Positions 14,417-25,744 of a stretch of DNA of 31,915 nt are shown here, piece by piece. This stretch comes from an uncultured Clostridiaceae bacterium. GTDB taxonomy: Bacteria > Bacillota > Clostridia > Lachnospirales > Lachnospiraceae. Location of the stretch: the NCBI GenBank assembly GCA_947175805.1, contig CAMWOF010000001.1, positions 1 through 31,915 on the forward strand, given 5' to 3'. The first letter of the stretch is position 1, and each line of letters starts with the position of its first letter. A model generated the notes under the pieces. That model did not search any database and had not been told where the DNA came from. It saw nothing but the letters and a program-made list of their open reading frames with translations. The position numbers were made by a program, and so were the translations under genes.

Positions 14417-15688
14417 CTATGCATAACCGTTAAACAAAAGACCGCTGTACATGGATGGCATATAAGGATTCGGTAGTGATTTTGCGGTATTCGGGTAGGT
14501 CACAATTACCTTATCCACATAAGCCAGAGGGTCAAGATTCAGCGCATCCGTTGTCTTGATGATATCACTCTTAAAGTCTGAAATATCATCAAACAGGGAT
14601 TGGAACTCCCCGTTTTTGGTGCTCTGGGTAAGCAGCGCCTCCTCTGTCTCTAAATATCCCTTTGCGTTGACTGCAAGACCGGAGGCCTCTAATACATTGG
14701 CGTGCTTTCTTGTAATCTGGGAGATATCTGTCAAAAGCTTCCTTGCGCTGCGTTGGTTATCCAGATTATTAACGGCAAGACCGACCAAATGATTATAGGA
14801 ATCAACGAAGTCGTGTATCTTGTTGATAATCTCTCCTGTGTCAGGCTGCATCTGCAGGGAAACCTCCTCCTCGGAAGCGGACAGTAAATCAATCTCAATG
14901 GCATTGTTGATGGAAATACTGTTGGTCGCTGAGGTATGGGTCTCATCGTTAATGGTAAAGACAGAATTCTCCGGCTGTCTCGACACATGATTTAGTCCAA
15001 AGTAATTAATGAGAGGCTGGTTTGGGTTATCCTCCTCAAAAGCAAATTGCAGCCCATCCTCTACGGAACCCTTACCGGTAAACTGTGATTCTAATATCAG
15101 TGCACTTTCATTGCCCTTGACATCAACTCTGGCACTGATGCCGGTATGGTTCTGGTTAATAGCATCAGCAAGGCTATGCTGTGCATCAATGTTAGTTGAA
15201 GAGGCATTGAGCTTTAAGGAGAACAGGTAGTCACTCTTCGAGGTAATCAAATGTATATCATAGGAGCCGTTAGCAAGCCCCTTGCTTTGTGATTTTACAT
15301 ACTGTCCCGAATTAATCTGGCTGTCCGCCAACCGACTTATGCGCAGGCTTAATTGCTCCGGCACATTGGAATAATTGTCTGTCCGCAGCCGCACATCCAG
15401 AATATCCTCGTTTGAGGATTCAAAAATCTTCTTATTAAAAACAGTGTCCACATCATCGCTCAGGAAATTGGAAATATTTTTCAGATTAATAGCAGCGTCC
15501 TTGATACTCAAAGCATAATCCTGCGTTTCCTGCGACATACTGAACTTATAAAGAGGGGACTGCTTGTTGTGGCTGACCATGCTCTTATATATGTTCTTTA
15601 ATTCGTTGGATTTATGCGTATCGTACTTCGTATTTGTCTTTGGCAAATACGTCATGCTATAATGGTTATAAACATTATAATCAATCAT
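14417..15688 (-). CDS. Flagellar filament cap (FliD)-like protein
   Basis: FliD-like segments (ISRLADSQIN, LADAINQNHTGISARV, SVFTINDETHTSATNSI, IHDFVDSYNHLV) and C-terminal YSGLLFNGYA; strong RBS ggaaggagggg. Confidence 0.7.
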   Translation of the reverse strand: MIDYNVYNHYSMTYLPKTNTKYDTHKSNELKNIYKSMVSHNKQSPLYKFSMSQETQDYALSIKDAAINLKNISNFLSDDVDTVFNKKIFESSNEDILDVRLRTDNYSNVPEQLSLRISRLADSQINSGQYVKSQSKGLANGSYDIHLITSKSDYLFSLKLNASSTNIDAQHSLADAINQNHTGISARVDVKGNESALILESQFTGKGSVEDGLQFAFEEDNPNQPLINYFGLNHVSRQPENSVFTINDETHTSATNSISINNAIEIDLLSASEEEVSLQMQPDTGEIINKIHDFVDSYNHLVGLAVNNLDNQRSARKLLTDISQITRKHANVLEASGLAVNAKGYLETEEALLTQSTKNGEFQSLFDDISDFKSDIIKTTDALNLDPLAYVDKVIVTYPNTAKSLPNPYMPSMYSGLLFNGYA

Positions 15689-15777
15689 GATAACCCCTCC
15701 TTCCCTGGTTGGTATTCATGTAGAATAAATTTGAACCTGATTTTTACATCCATATAAAAATCTTTATAAGTGTCTTC

Positions 15778-15806
15778 ATTATATAATATATTTGCCGATA
15801 TGTCTA
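15778..15806 (-). promoter_or_regulatory. Putative sigma-A promoter of the FliD-like gene
   Basis: Minus strand reads TAGACA (15806-15801), 17-nt spacer, TATAAT (15783-15778). Confidence 0.65.
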
Positions 15807-15939
15807 GGTGGGAAAATGAACAAAAATAGATTTTTTTTCTTAGGGATATCTGTGAAAATTGGTATCCAAAAATTGGTCGGAAATGGGCCTGAAAAATTAG
15901 TATTCAAGATTGGTTAAAAAGTGGTTTTCAAAAAAATAG

Positions 15940-15968
15940 TTGACTTTCATTTTTGGTTGTGATAATGT
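15940..15968 (+). promoter_or_regulatory. Putative sigma-A promoter of rplJ-rplL
   Basis: TTGACT, 17-nt spacer, TG-A-TAATGT extended -10; A-tracts upstream. Confidence 0.7.
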
Positions 15969-15983
15969 ATTAGCCGATGAACT

Positions 15984-16090
15984 GCCGAAGACAGTAGGTG
16001 CCTGCGGGCATAAGTATAACGCCTACCGAGGAAGATATATGTGATGATATCTATGCCCCGGTCTTTGACACGGGGCTTTCTTATATTTAT
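15984..16090 (+). ncRNA. Ribosomal protein L10 leader with downstream attenuator hairpin
   Basis: ccgaagacagtaggtg...cctaccgagg matches the L10 leader core. It is followed by gccccg/cggggc (16055-16076) and a U-rich tract, upstream of rplJ. Confidence 0.88.
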
Positions 16091-16163
16091 TGTTCTTAGT
16101 GCAGTCATTCGTCTGTGGGGGCGTATTCCCGCAGGCAAGAATAAAATAAGGAGGTGCACTATC

Positions 16164-16652
16164 GTGGCGAAAGTTGAATTAAAGCAGCCGGTGGTTGACG
16201 AGATTAAGGAGTTGCTTGACGGCGCACAGTCAATGGTATTGGTGGACTACCGTGGTCTTACCGTTGCCCAGGACACTTTGCTTCGTAAGGATTTAAGAGA
16301 AGCAGGTGTCACATATAAGGTATACAAGAACACATTGATTAAGCGTGCAGTGGAAGGTACAGCCTTTGAGTCGGTGTCCGGTGATTTGGAAGGTCCTACG
16401 GCGATTGCAGTATCTAAGACAGATGCAACCGCGCCTGCAAGAATTCTTGCAAAGGCAGCAAAGACCGCAGATGCATTAGAGATTAAGTCCGGTGTTGTTG
16501 AGGGAACCTACTATGACAACAAGGCGATTCAGTCTATTGCAAACATCCCATCCAGAGAAGAATTGCTGTCCAAGCTGCTTGGAAGCATGCAGTCACCGAT
16601 TACAAACTTTGCTCGTGTTATTAAGCAGATTGCTGAGAAGCAGGAGGCATAG
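16164..16652 (+). CDS. rplJ: 50S ribosomal protein L10
   Basis: VDYRGLTVAQ, YKVYKNTL, LEGPTAIA and SREELLSKLLGSMQSP motifs; GTG at 16164 follows ggaggtg. Confidence 0.98.
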   Translation: MAKVELKQPVVDEIKELLDGAQSMVLVDYRGLTVAQDTLLRKDLREAGVTYKVYKNTLIKRAVEGTAFESVSGDLEGPTAIAVSKTDATAPARILAKAAKTADALEIKSGVVEGTYYDNKAIQSIANIPSREELLSKLLGSMQSPITNFARVIKQIAEKQEA

Positions 16653-16756
16653 TTTTGTCTAATCAGCACGCATACCGTTTGGGATGCATGGAAACCGTTC
16701 CCGTAATCATGGGAGTAGATTGAACATTATATTAATTAATTTAGGAGGATTAAAAA

Positions 16757-17128
16757 ATGACAACACAAGAAATCATTGAAGTAATTAAGGGTTTATCCGT
16801 TTTAGAGTTAAATGACCTGGTTAAGGCATGTGAGGAAGAGTTCGGCGTTTCTGCAGCAGCAGGCGTTGTAGTTGCAGCAGCAGGTGCAGGCGCAGCTGAG
16901 GGTGCAGCTGAGGAGAAGGATGAGTTTAACGTAGAGTTAACAGAGGTTGGCCCGAACAAGGTTAAGGTTATCAAGGTTGTCCGTGAGGTTACCGGCTTAG
17001 GTCTGAAGGAGGCAAAGGAAGTTGTTGACGGCGCTCCGAAGATGATTAAGGAGGGTGCTTCTAAGGCAGAGGCTGAGGATATCAAGGCTAAGGTTGAGGC
17101 AGAGGGTGCAAAGGTTACTCTCAAGTAA
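16757..17128 (+). CDS. rplL: 50S ribosomal protein L7/L12
   Basis: [34 protein letters not shown]. Confidence 0.99.
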   Translation: MTTQEIIEVIKGLSVLELNDLVKACEEEFGVSAAAGVVVAAAGAGAAEGAAEEKDEFNVELTEVGPNKVKVIKVVREVTGLGLKEAKEVVDGAPKMIKEGASKAEAEDIKAKVEAEGAKVTLK

Positions 17129-17148
17129 TATATATTTACGGTGATTAC

Positions 17149-17177
17149 AGGGGCGTTCGCAGGAACCGCCCCTTTTT
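17149..17177 (+). terminator. Intrinsic terminator after rplL
   Basis: ggggcg/cgcccc stem followed by ttttt. Confidence 0.85.
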
Positions 17178-17275
17178 CCGCATTTTAAAGCTGGTTTTAA
17201 TTCTTATATATAACATATCTGTTTGTATACATAAAATATGCCCGTTCCAGGGCTGAAAAATTTTTCCAGAAATAG

Positions 17276-17312
17276 TTGACTCCGTTGACAACCTGTGATA
17301 TTATTATAGAAT
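17276..17312 (+). promoter_or_regulatory. Two overlapping putative sigma-A promoters of rpoBC
   Basis: P1 is TTGACT(17276)-N17-TATTAT with TGn; P2 is TTGACA(17285)-N16-TAGAAT. Confidence 0.65.
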
Positions 17313-17403
17313 GTCACTATTATGGGTAGAACTGCCTTAATGTGACTTCAAAATGTATGACTTTTGTTGTATATATATTAATTTTCAAGGGGTGAAAACG
17401 TCA

Positions 17404-20400
17404 ATGGAAAAAAACAGAATCCGTCCTATTAGTACCGGTAAGGGAGTTCGTATGAGTTATTCTAGGCAAAAAGAAGTACTTCAGATGCCAAACCTCATCG
17501 AAGTACAGAAGAATTCATACCAATGGTTCCTTTCGGAAGGGCTGCGCGAGGCATTTAACGACATTTCTCCGATTACAGATTTTAACGGGCAGTTAAGCTT
17601 GGAGTTTGTTGACTATCAGCTGTGTGAGGATGATGTAAAGTACTCGATTGAGGAGTGTAAGGAGCGGGATGCCACATACGCAGCGCCGTTGAAGGTAAAG
17701 GTACGCTTACGGAATACGGAGACAGGCGACGGCATTAAAGAGCATGATATTTTTATGGGCGACCTGCCGCTGATGACGGAGACGGGTACTTTCGTAATTA
17801 ATGGCGCAGAGCGGGTAATTGTCAGCCAGTTGGTTCGTTCCCCAGGCATTTATTATGCTATCGGACATGATAAGATTGGCAAGACCTTATATTCATGTAC
17901 CGTAATTCCGAATCGAGGCGCCTGGCTGGAGTATGAGACGGATTCCAATGACGTGTTTTATGTGCGTGTAGACAGAACAAGAAAAGTTCCGATTACGGTG
18001 TTGCTGCGTTCCCTTGGTCTGGGCAGCAATGCGGAGATTATTGAGATGTTTGGCGAGGAGCCGAAGATCTTAGCAAGTATTGAGAAAGACCCATCCGATA
18101 ATTATCAGGATGGCTTATTAGAGTTATACAAAAAAATCCGTCCGGGTGAGCCGCTGGCGGTGGAAAGTGCCGAATCCCTGATTAATGGTATGTTTTTTGA
18201 TTCCAGAAGATATGATTTGGCAAAGGTAGGCCGTTATAAGTTTAACAAGAAGCTGGCATGGAGGAACCGTCTGGCGGGACAGGTTTTATCCGAGGATGTG
18301 GTTGACCCTGCCACTGGAGAGGTGCTTGCCTCCGCAGGGGACAGGTTGACACGGGAGAGTGCAAAAGCATTACAGGATGCGGCAGTTCCTTATGTATGGA
18401 TTCAGACGGAGGAGAGAAATGTCAAGATTCTGTCCAATATGATGGTAGATATGTCTGGCTATGTGGGCTTTGACCCGCTGGAGGCAGGCGTGACAGAGGA
18501 CGTCTTTTATCCTGTGTTAGAGCAGCTTTTAAAGGACAATGACAATGACGAGGACTTGAAAAAGGCAATCAGAAAGAATTTATCCGAGCTGATTCCGAAG
18601 CATATCACGAAGCAGGATATTTTTGCTTCGGTAAATTATAATATGCATTTAGAGTATGAGATTGGAAATGACGATGATATCGACCACTTGGGCAACCGCC
18701 GTATTCGTGCGGTGGGCGAGCTTTTACAGAACCAGTACCGTATCGGATTGTCCAGACTGGAGAGAGTTGTTCGGGAAAGAATGACAACCCAGGACATCGA
18801 GACGATTTCGCCGCAGTCTCTGATTAACATTAAGCCGGTGACTGCTGCGGTCAAAGAGTTCTTCGGAAGTTCACAGCTGTCGCAGTTTATGGATCAGAAC
18901 AATCCGCTTTCTGAGCTGACCCACAAGAGACGTCTTTCTGCGCTGGGACCGGGCGGTCTTTCCAGAGATCGTGCAGGTTTTGAGGTTCGTGATGTGCATT
19001 ACACCCACTATGGCAGAATGTGTCCGATTGAGACTCCTGAAGGTCCGAATATCGGTCTGATTAATTCACTGGCCTGCTATGCGAGAATTAATCAATACGG
19101 ATTTGTGGAAGCACCGTACCGGAAAGTTGACAAGAGCGACCCGGAGAATCCGGTGGTAACAGATGAAGTTATTTATTTGACGGCAGATGAAGAGGATAAT
19201 TATGTTGTTGCACAGGCAAATGAGCCTTTAGATGAGAAGGGAAGATTTGTTAAGAGCAATGTATCAGGGCGGTTCCGCGAGGACACCTCTGAGTTTTCCA
19301 AGAAAAAGGTGGATTTGATGGACGTGTCTCCGAAGATGGTATTTTCTGTGGCGACATCCATGATTCCGTTCCTGGAAAATGATGATGCGAACCGTGCGTT
19401 GATGGGTTCTAACATGCAGCGTCAGGCGGTGCCGCTGCTTCGCACGGAGGCTCCGGTTGTCGGTACAGGTATGGAGGCAAAGGCAGCTGTGGATTCCGGC
19501 GTATGTATTGTGGCAAAGCACGGAGGTATCGTAGAGAAGTCGTCCAGCACAGAGATTGTAGTAAAATGTGATGACGGCAGCAGGGATACCTACCATGTGA
19601 TTAAGTTCTCCAGAAGCAATCAGGGTAACTGCATGAACCAGAGACCGATTGTGTTTAAGGGAGACCGGGTGGAAGCAGGCGATGTGCTTGCGGACGGTCC
19701 TTCCACCGCAGACGGAGAAATTGCATTGGGCAAGAATCCTTTGATTGGCTTTATGACATGGGAGGGCTACAATTACGAAGATGCAGTTTTGCTTTCTGAG
19801 CGGCTGGTACAGGAGGATGTCTATACTTCTGTCCATATTGAGGAGTACGAGGCTGAGGCCAGAGATACGAAGCTGGGAGCCGAGGAGATTACGAGAGATT
19901 TGGCAGGTCTGGGACCTGATGTGTTGAAGGATTTAGATGAAAACGGTATTATCCGCATTGGCGCTGAGGTACGTGCCGGCGATATTCTTGTTGGAAAGGT
20001 AACTCCGAAGGGAGAGACAGAACTGACTGCAGAGGAGAGGCTTTTGCGCGCGATTTTCGGTGAGAAGGCAAGGGAGGTTCGTGATACATCCCTCAGAGTT
20101 CCTCACGGTGCATTTGGCGTTGTCATGGATACAAAGGTATTTACAAGAGAGAATGGAGACGAGCTGCCGCCGGGCGTAAATAAATCCGTCCGTGTATATA
20201 TCGCGCAGAAGAGGAAGATTTCCGTGGGTGATAAGATGGCGGGACGTCATGGTAACAAGGGTGTTATTTCCCGTATTTTACCTGTGGAGGATATGCCGTT
20301 TTTACCGAACGGGCGTCCGCTCGATATCGTGCTGAATCCATTGGGTGTGCCGTCCCGTATGAATATCGGGCAGGTGCTGGAGATTCATCTGTCTTTGGCG

Positions 20401-21210
20401 GCAAAGGTGCTGGGCTTTAATGTATCCACGCCTGTGTTTGATGGCGCCAATGAGATTGATATTATGGATACGCTGGAGATGGCGAATGATTATGCCAATG
20501 AGGATTGGGAAACCTTCAAGTCCCGCTGGGGAGACTGTACGGCGGATGAGGTTATGGATTACCTCTATGAGAACCGTGACCACAGGGAGGAGTGGAAGGG
20601 TGTTCCGATTAACCGAACCGGTAAGGTGAGGCTGAGAGACGGAAGAACCGGCGAGGAGTTTGATAATCCGGTTACCATCGGCTTTATGCATTATTTGAAG
20701 CTGCATCACCTGGTTGACGATAAGATTCATGCCCGTTCTACGGGGCCGTATTCATTGGTAACCCAGCAGCCGCTTGGTGGTAAGGCACAGTTCGGTGGAC
20801 AGCGCTTTGGTGAGATGGAGGTTTGGGCTCTTGAGGCATACGGCGCATCCTATACATTACAGGAGATTTTGACTGTAAAATCCGATGATGTGGTAGGGCG
20901 TGTCAAGACCTATGAGGCAATTATTAAGGGCGCCAATATTAATGAGCCGGGTATTCCTGAGTCATTTAAGGTACTGTTAAAGGAATTCCAGTCATTAGGC
21001 CTGGATGTACGTCTGCTGGATGAGAGTGGCAGAGAGTGCCAGATGGGTGAGACCCAGGAGCCTGCAAATCCTGATTTAAGAGATGTCATTGAGGGTGACG
21101 GCTCTACATTCGAGGATGAGGAGGATGTGGAAGGCTTTGGCGAGATAGAAAATGATGAATATGTAGACATTGAAGTAGGGGACGATGGATACTTTGATGA
21201 CGAGCTATAG
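17404..21210 (+). CDS. rpoB: DNA-directed RNA polymerase subunit beta
   Basis: Canonical motifs ([46 protein letters not shown]); ATG at 17404 follows RBS ggggtg. Confidence 0.99.
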   Translation: MEKNRIRPISTGKGVRMSYSRQKEVLQMPNLIEVQKNSYQWFLSEGLREAFNDISPITDFNGQLSLEFVDYQLCEDDVKYSIEECKERDATYAAPLKVKVRLRNTETGDGIKEHDIFMGDLPLMTETGTFVINGAERVIVSQLVRSPGIYYAIGHDKIGKTLYSCTVIPNRGAWLEYETDSNDVFYVRVDRTRKVPITVLLRSLGLGSNAEIIEMFGEEPKILASIEKDPSDNYQDGLLELYKKIRPGEPLAVESAESLINGMFFDSRRYDLAKVGRYKFNKKLAWRNRLAGQVLSEDVVDPATGEVLASAGDRLTRESAKALQDAAVPYVWIQTEERNVKILSNMMVDMSGYVGFDPLEAGVTEDVFYPVLEQLLKDNDNDEDLKKAIRKNLSELIPKHITKQDIFASVNYNMHLEYEIGNDDDIDHLGNRRIRAVGELLQNQYRIGLSRLERVVRERMTTQDIETISPQSLINIKPVTAAVKEFFGSSQLSQFMDQNNPLSELTHKRRLSALGPGGLSRDRAGFEVRDVHYTHYGRMCPIETPEGPNIGLINSLACYARINQYGFVEAPYRKVDKSDPENPVVTDEVIYLTADEEDNYVVAQANEPLDEKGRFVKSNVSGRFREDTSEFSKKKVDLMDVSPKMVFSVATSMIPFLENDDANRALMGSNMQRQAVPLLRTEAPVVGTGMEAKAAVDSGVCIVAKHGGIVEKSSSTEIVVKCDDGSRDTYHVIKFSRSNQGNCMNQRPIVFKGDRVEAGDVLADGPSTADGEIALGKNPLIGFMTWEGYNYEDAVLLSERLVQEDVYTSVHIEEYEAEARDTKLGAEEITRDLAGLGPDVLKDLDENGIIRIGAEVRAGDILVGKVTPKGETELTAEERLLRAIFGEKAREVRDTSLRVPHGAFGVVMDTKVFTRENGDELPPGVNKSVRVYIAQKRKISVGDKMAGRHGNKGVISRILPVEDMPFLPNGRPLDIVLNPLGVPSRMNIGQVLEIHLSLAAKVLGFNVSTPVFDGANEIDIMDTLEMANDYANEDWETFKSRWGDCTADEVMDYLYENRDHREEWKGVPINRTGKVRLRDGRTGEEFDNPVTIGFMHYLKLHHLVDDKIHARSTGPYSLVTQQPLGGKAQFGGQRFGEMEVWALEAYGASYTLQEILTVKSDDVVGRVKTYEAIIKGANINEPGIPESFKVLLKEFQSLGLDVRLLDESGRECQMGETQEPANPDLRDVIEGDGSTFEDEEDVEGFGEIENDEYVDIEVGDDGYFDDEL

Positions 21211-21234
21211 TCGATAGATGGAAGGAGAGCCAAA

Positions 21235-24200
21235 ATGTCAAATTTAAAAGATCAGGAAGCTGAACAGGCGGTTAATTTTGAGTCAATTAGGATTGGTCTT
21301 GCATCTCCGGAAAAAATCAGGGAGTGGTCGCACGGCGAAGTGAAAAAACCGGAGACCATTAATTACAGAACCTTGAAGCCGGAGAGGGACGGATTGTTCT
21401 GTGAAAAGATTTTTGGACCAAGCAAGGACTGGGAATGTCATTGTGGTAAATATAAAAAGATTCGTTATAAAGGTGTGGTCTGTGACCGCTGCGGCGTTGA
21501 GGTCACAAAGGCTAGTGTTCGCCGGGAGCGGATGGGACACATTGAACTGGCTGCGCCGGTTTCCCATATCTGGTATTTTAAGGGAATACCGAGCCGCATG
21601 GGTCTGATTTTGGATATTTCTCCGAGGGTTCTGGAGAAGGTACTATACTTTGCGTCTTATATTGTGCTGGATTCGGGAAATACAAACCTGGTATACAAGC
21701 AGGTGCTCTCTGAGAAGGAGTATCGGGATGCGGAGGAAGAATTTGGATACGGCAGCTTCCGTGTCGGCATGGGTGCAGAGGCGGTAAAGGAGCTTTTGCA
21801 GGCAATAGATCTTGAGGCTGAGGCTGCAGAGCTTAAGAAGATGCTTCGGGAATCTACCGGTCAGAAGCGGGCTAGGGTAATTAAGCGGTTAGAGGTCATT
21901 GAGGCCTTCAGGAATTCTGACAATAAGCCGGAGTGGATGATTATGGATGTGATTCCTGTGATTCCGCCAGATATCAGGCCGATGGTGCAGTTGGACGGCG
22001 GACGTTTTGCCACCTCTGACTTAAATGATTTGTATCGACGTATTATTAACCGTAATAATAGACTGCAGCGTCTGTTGGAGTTGGGCGCTCCGGATATCAT
22101 TGTCAGAAATGAGAAGCGTATGCTGCAGGAGGCAGTGGATGCGCTGATTGATAACGGAAGGCGTGGAAGACCGGTTACAGGTCCGGGCAACAGAGCCTTA
22201 AAGTCTCTGTCTGATATGTTAAAGGGTAAGCAGGGACGGTTCCGTCAGAATCTTCTTGGTAAGCGTGTGGATTATTCCGGACGTTCGGTTATCGTGGTGG
22301 GGCCTGAGCTTAAGATTTACCAGTGCGGTCTGCCGAAGGAAATGGCGATTGAGCTGTTCAAGCCGTTTGTTATGAAGGAAATATGGGCAAAGAAGATTGC
22401 CCATAACATTAAGTCTGCCAAGAAGATGGTGGAAAAATTAGATCCTGTAGTCTGGGATGTGTTGGAGGATGTTATTAAAGAGCATCCGGTAATGTTAAAC
22501 CGTGCTCCAACGCTGCACAGGCTGGGTATTCAGGCATTTGAGCCGATTCTTGTAGAGGGTAAGGCGATTAAACTGCATCCGTTGGTATGTACGGCATTTA
22601 ACGCCGATTTCGATGGTGACCAGATGGCTGTGCATCTGCCGCTTTCTGTGGAAGCACAGGCAGAGTGCCGCTTCCTCCTGTTGTCGCCGAATAACCTGCT
22701 GAAGCCTTCAGACGGTGCGCCGGTGGCAGTGCCTTCCCAGGATATGGTGCTGGGTATTTACTACCTTACGCTGGACAAGGAGGGCGATAAGGGTGAGGGC
22801 AAGTTCTTCAAGTCCGAGAACGAAGCGATTTTGGCATACGAGAACAAGGAAATTACCCTGCACTCAAGAATTAAGGTGCGCTATCAGGGCGTGGATGCTG
22901 CAGGTAATCGGATTTCCGATGTTATTGAGTCCACCCTTGGAAAGCTTATTTTTAATGAGATTATTCCGCAGGATTTGGGCTTTGTGGATAGAAGCATTGC
23001 CGGAAATGAACTGAAGCCGGAGATAGATTTTCTTGTTGGTAAGAAGCAGTTAAAGACGATTCTTGATAAATGCATTAATATTCACGGTGCAACCAGGACC
23101 GCCGAGGTGTTGGATGATATCAAGAGCATGGGTTACAAGTATTCTACCAGAGGCGCTCTGACGGTATCGATTTCCGACATGACGGTGCCGGAGGCAAAGA
23201 AGGATATTCTTCAGGAGGCACAGAATACGGTTGATCAGATTACAAAGCTGTTCCGCCGTGGTATGATGACCGAGGAGGAGAGATATCTGGCAGTGATTAA
23301 GACTTGGGAGGCAGCGGATAAGAAGCTGACCAAGGCATTGTTAGACGGTCTGGACAAATATAATAACATTTATATGATGGCGGATTCTGGCGCCCGTGGT
23401 TCCAACCAGCAGATTAAACAGCTGGCGGGTATGCGTGGTTTGATGGCAGATACAACGGGACGTACCATTGAGCTGCCAATTAAGTCAAACTTCCGTGAAG
23501 GCTTGGATGTATTGGAGTATTTTATTTCTGCCCACGGCGCCCGCAAGGGTCTGTCGGATACGGCACTCCGTACGGCGGATTCCGGTTATCTGACAAGACG
23601 TCTGGTGGATGTATCCCAGGATTTGATTATCCGTGAGGTGGACTGCTGTGCAGGAACGGATGAGCATCCAGGTATGGTGATTGAGGCCTTTATGGAGGGC
23701 AACGAGGTCATTGAGAGCTTAGAGGAGCGAATTACCGGCAGATATGCCGCAGAATCTGTTTATGATAAAGACGGTAATATGATTGTAAAGGTAAATCATA
23801 TGATTACGCCGAAACGTGCCGCCAATATAATGAAAAATGGCGTGGATGAAAAGGGCAATCCGATTACGAGACTGAAGATTCGCACGATTTTAACTTGCCG
23901 CTCTCATATCGGTATCTGTGCAAAGTGCTACGGTGCAAACATGGCAACCGGTCAGGCAGTGCAGGTTGGTGAGGCTGTCGGTATTATTGCAGCCCAGTCC
24001 ATCGGTGAGCCGGGTACCCAGCTTACCATGCGTACCTTCCATACCGGTGGTGTTGCCGGTGGCGATATCACACAGGGTCTTCCGCGTGTGGAGGAGCTGT
24101 TTGAGGCGCGTAAGCCGAAGGGACTTGCGATTATTACAGAATTTGGCGGTGATGTCCAGGTCAACGACACCAAGAAAAAACGCGAGGTTGTTGTTACAAA

Positions 24201-24957
24201 CAAGGAGACAGGTGAGGCGAAGGCATATCTGATTCCTTACGGCTCCCGTATCAAGGTGTTTGACGGTCAAACCTTAGAGGCCGGTGACGAATTGACCGAA
24301 GGTTCTGTCAATCCGCATGATATATTGAAGATTAAGGGCGTGCGGGCTGTTCAGGATTATATGATTCGCGAGGTGCAGAGAGTATACCGTCTGCAAGGTG
24401 TGGATATCAATGACAAGCACATTGAGGTCATTGTCCGCCAGATGTTAAAGAAAATCAGAGTGGAAGACGGCGGGGATTCTGATTATCTGCCGGGTTCACT
24501 GATTAACGTCCTGGATTATGAGGAGACGAATGCAAGATTGAGTGAGGAAGGTCTAGAGCCGATTCAGGGTACGCAGGTGATGCTGGGTATTACAAAGGCG
24601 TCCTTAGCTACCAGCTCCTTCCTGTCAGCGGCATCCTTCCAGGAGACAACGAAGGTGCTGACGGAGGCTGCCATTAAGGGTAAGATTGACCCATTGATTG
24701 GCTTAAAGGAGAATGTGCTGATTGGTAAGCTGATTCCTGCCGGTACGGGCATGAAGCGTTACCGCTCCGTAAAGCTCAATACGGATATGGAGGCCATTGA
24801 CTTGGAGGATGAACTCGATTTTGATGAGGGCGATATGGATGGCATGGATGAAGCCCAATACGAGGATTTGAACGGTGCCGATCTTGATGAAGCTGTCAGT
24901 GCCGAGGAGCCGGTGGAGGAAGAGCTTGCGCCGGTGCTGGAAGACGGCGAGGAATAA
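21235..24957 (+). CDS. rpoC: DNA-directed RNA polymerase subunit beta'
   Basis: NADFDGD catalytic motif, N-terminal CHCGKYK zinc finger, [13 protein letters not shown]. Confidence 0.99.
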   Translation: MSNLKDQEAEQAVNFESIRIGLASPEKIREWSHGEVKKPETINYRTLKPERDGLFCEKIFGPSKDWECHCGKYKKIRYKGVVCDRCGVEVTKASVRRERMGHIELAAPVSHIWYFKGIPSRMGLILDISPRVLEKVLYFASYIVLDSGNTNLVYKQVLSEKEYRDAEEEFGYGSFRVGMGAEAVKELLQAIDLEAEAAELKKMLRESTGQKRARVIKRLEVIEAFRNSDNKPEWMIMDVIPVIPPDIRPMVQLDGGRFATSDLNDLYRRIINRNNRLQRLLELGAPDIIVRNEKRMLQEAVDALIDNGRRGRPVTGPGNRALKSLSDMLKGKQGRFRQNLLGKRVDYSGRSVIVVGPELKIYQCGLPKEMAIELFKPFVMKEIWAKKIAHNIKSAKKMVEKLDPVVWDVLEDVIKEHPVMLNRAPTLHRLGIQAFEPILVEGKAIKLHPLVCTAFNADFDGDQMAVHLPLSVEAQAECRFLLLSPNNLLKPSDGAPVAVPSQDMVLGIYYLTLDKEGDKGEGKFFKSENEAILAYENKEITLHSRIKVRYQGVDAAGNRISDVIESTLGKLIFNEIIPQDLGFVDRSIAGNELKPEIDFLVGKKQLKTILDKCINIHGATRTAEVLDDIKSMGYKYSTRGALTVSISDMTVPEAKKDILQEAQNTVDQITKLFRRGMMTEEERYLAVIKTWEAADKKLTKALLDGLDKYNNIYMMADSGARGSNQQIKQLAGMRGLMADTTGRTIELPIKSNFREGLDVLEYFISAHGARKGLSDTALRTADSGYLTRRLVDVSQDLIIREVDCCAGTDEHPGMVIEAFMEGNEVIESLEERITGRYAAESVYDKDGNMIVKVNHMITPKRAANIMKNGVDEKGNPITRLKIRTILTCRSHIGICAKCYGANMATGQAVQVGEAVGIIAAQSIGEPGTQLTMRTFHTGGVAGGDITQGLPRVEELFEARKPKGLAIITEFGGDVQVNDTKKKREVVVTNKETGEAKAYLIPYGSRIKVFDGQTLEAGDELTEGSVNPHDILKIKGVRAVQDYMIREVQRVYRLQGVDINDKHIEVIVRQMLKKIRVEDGGDSDYLPGSLINVLDYEETNARLSEEGLEPIQGTQVMLGITKASLATSSFLSAASFQETTKVLTEAAIKGKIDPLIGLKENVLIGKLIPAGTGMKRYRSVKLNTDMEAIDLEDELDFDEGDMDGMDEAQYEDLNGADLDEAVSAEEPVEEELAPVLEDGEE

Positions 24958-24999
24958 AATGGCAGGCGTGATTATGCCTATATAAGATATGATGGCAAG

Positions 25000-25035
25000 A
25001 GGTTGAGGATGGAATATGTCTCAGCCTTTTGCTTT
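25000..25035 (+). terminator. Possible terminator after rpoC
   Basis: aggttgag (25000-25007) / ctcagcct (25020-25027, one G-U pair) followed by tttgcttt. Confidence 0.45.
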
Positions 25036-25053
25036 ATAGGAAGGAGAATCAAT

Positions 25054-25713
25054 ATGGAATTTGCACAATATTTTGACCACACAATCTTAAAGCCGGAGGC
25101 GACGGAGGCAGATGTCAGAACGGTCTGCGAGGAGGCGAAGGTCTACGGCTTTGCTTCGGTATGTGTTAATTCCAGCTATACTGCCCTGGTGGCAGACGCC
25201 TTGGAGGACACGGAAATAGATGTGTGTACGGTGATAGGCTTTCCTCTGGGGGCAATGTCCACAAAAGCCAAGGTGGCTGAGACAAAACTGGCAATTGAGG
25301 ACGGTGCAGATGAGATTGATATGGTAATGAATATCGGTGCGATGAAAGAGGGACAGGATGATTATGTGTTATACGATATTCAGGAGGTAAAAAAGGCCTG
25401 CGGTGATGAGGTTATGCTAAAGGTGATTATAGAGACTTGTCTGCTGACCGATGATGAGAAGAAAAGAGCCTGTCAGGCGGCTGTGGAAGCAGGAGCAAAC
25501 TATGTGAAAACCTCTACCGGATTCTCTACAGGCGGTGCTACAGTGGAGGACGTGAAGCTGATGAAAGAGATGGTGGGCGATGAAGCGCTGGTGAAGGCTT
25601 CCGGCGGCATCAGGGATTATAAGACGGCAAAAGCCATGATTGAGGCGGGAGCTGACAGATTGGGAACCAGTGCCACGGTGGAGATTATGAAGGAATACCA
25701 AAAGAACAAATAG
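25054..25713 (+). CDS. deoC: Deoxyribose-phosphate aldolase
   Basis: [46 protein letters not shown] and GADRLGTS motifs; ATG at 25054 follows aaggag. Confidence 0.97.
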   Translation: MEFAQYFDHTILKPEATEADVRTVCEEAKVYGFASVCVNSSYTALVADALEDTEIDVCTVIGFPLGAMSTKAKVAETKLAIEDGADEIDMVMNIGAMKEGQDDYVLYDIQEVKKACGDEVMLKVIIETCLLTDDEKKRACQAAVEAGANYVKTSTGFSTGGATVEDVKLMKEMVGDEALVKASGGIRDYKTAKAMIEAGADRLGTSATVEIMKEYQKNK

Positions 25714-25744
25714 GCTGTATATTTGGGAGAGGAGAGCGCTTATT

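Noticed and set aside
18855-19075. Rifampicin-resistance substitutions in RpoB
   Set aside because: Cluster I/II reads [23 protein letters not shown]...NIGLI, the usual sensitive-type residues.
21060-24957. Long acidic C-terminal tails on RpoB and RpoC
   Set aside because: These are commonly seen in clostridial RNA polymerase subunits and are not distinctive here.
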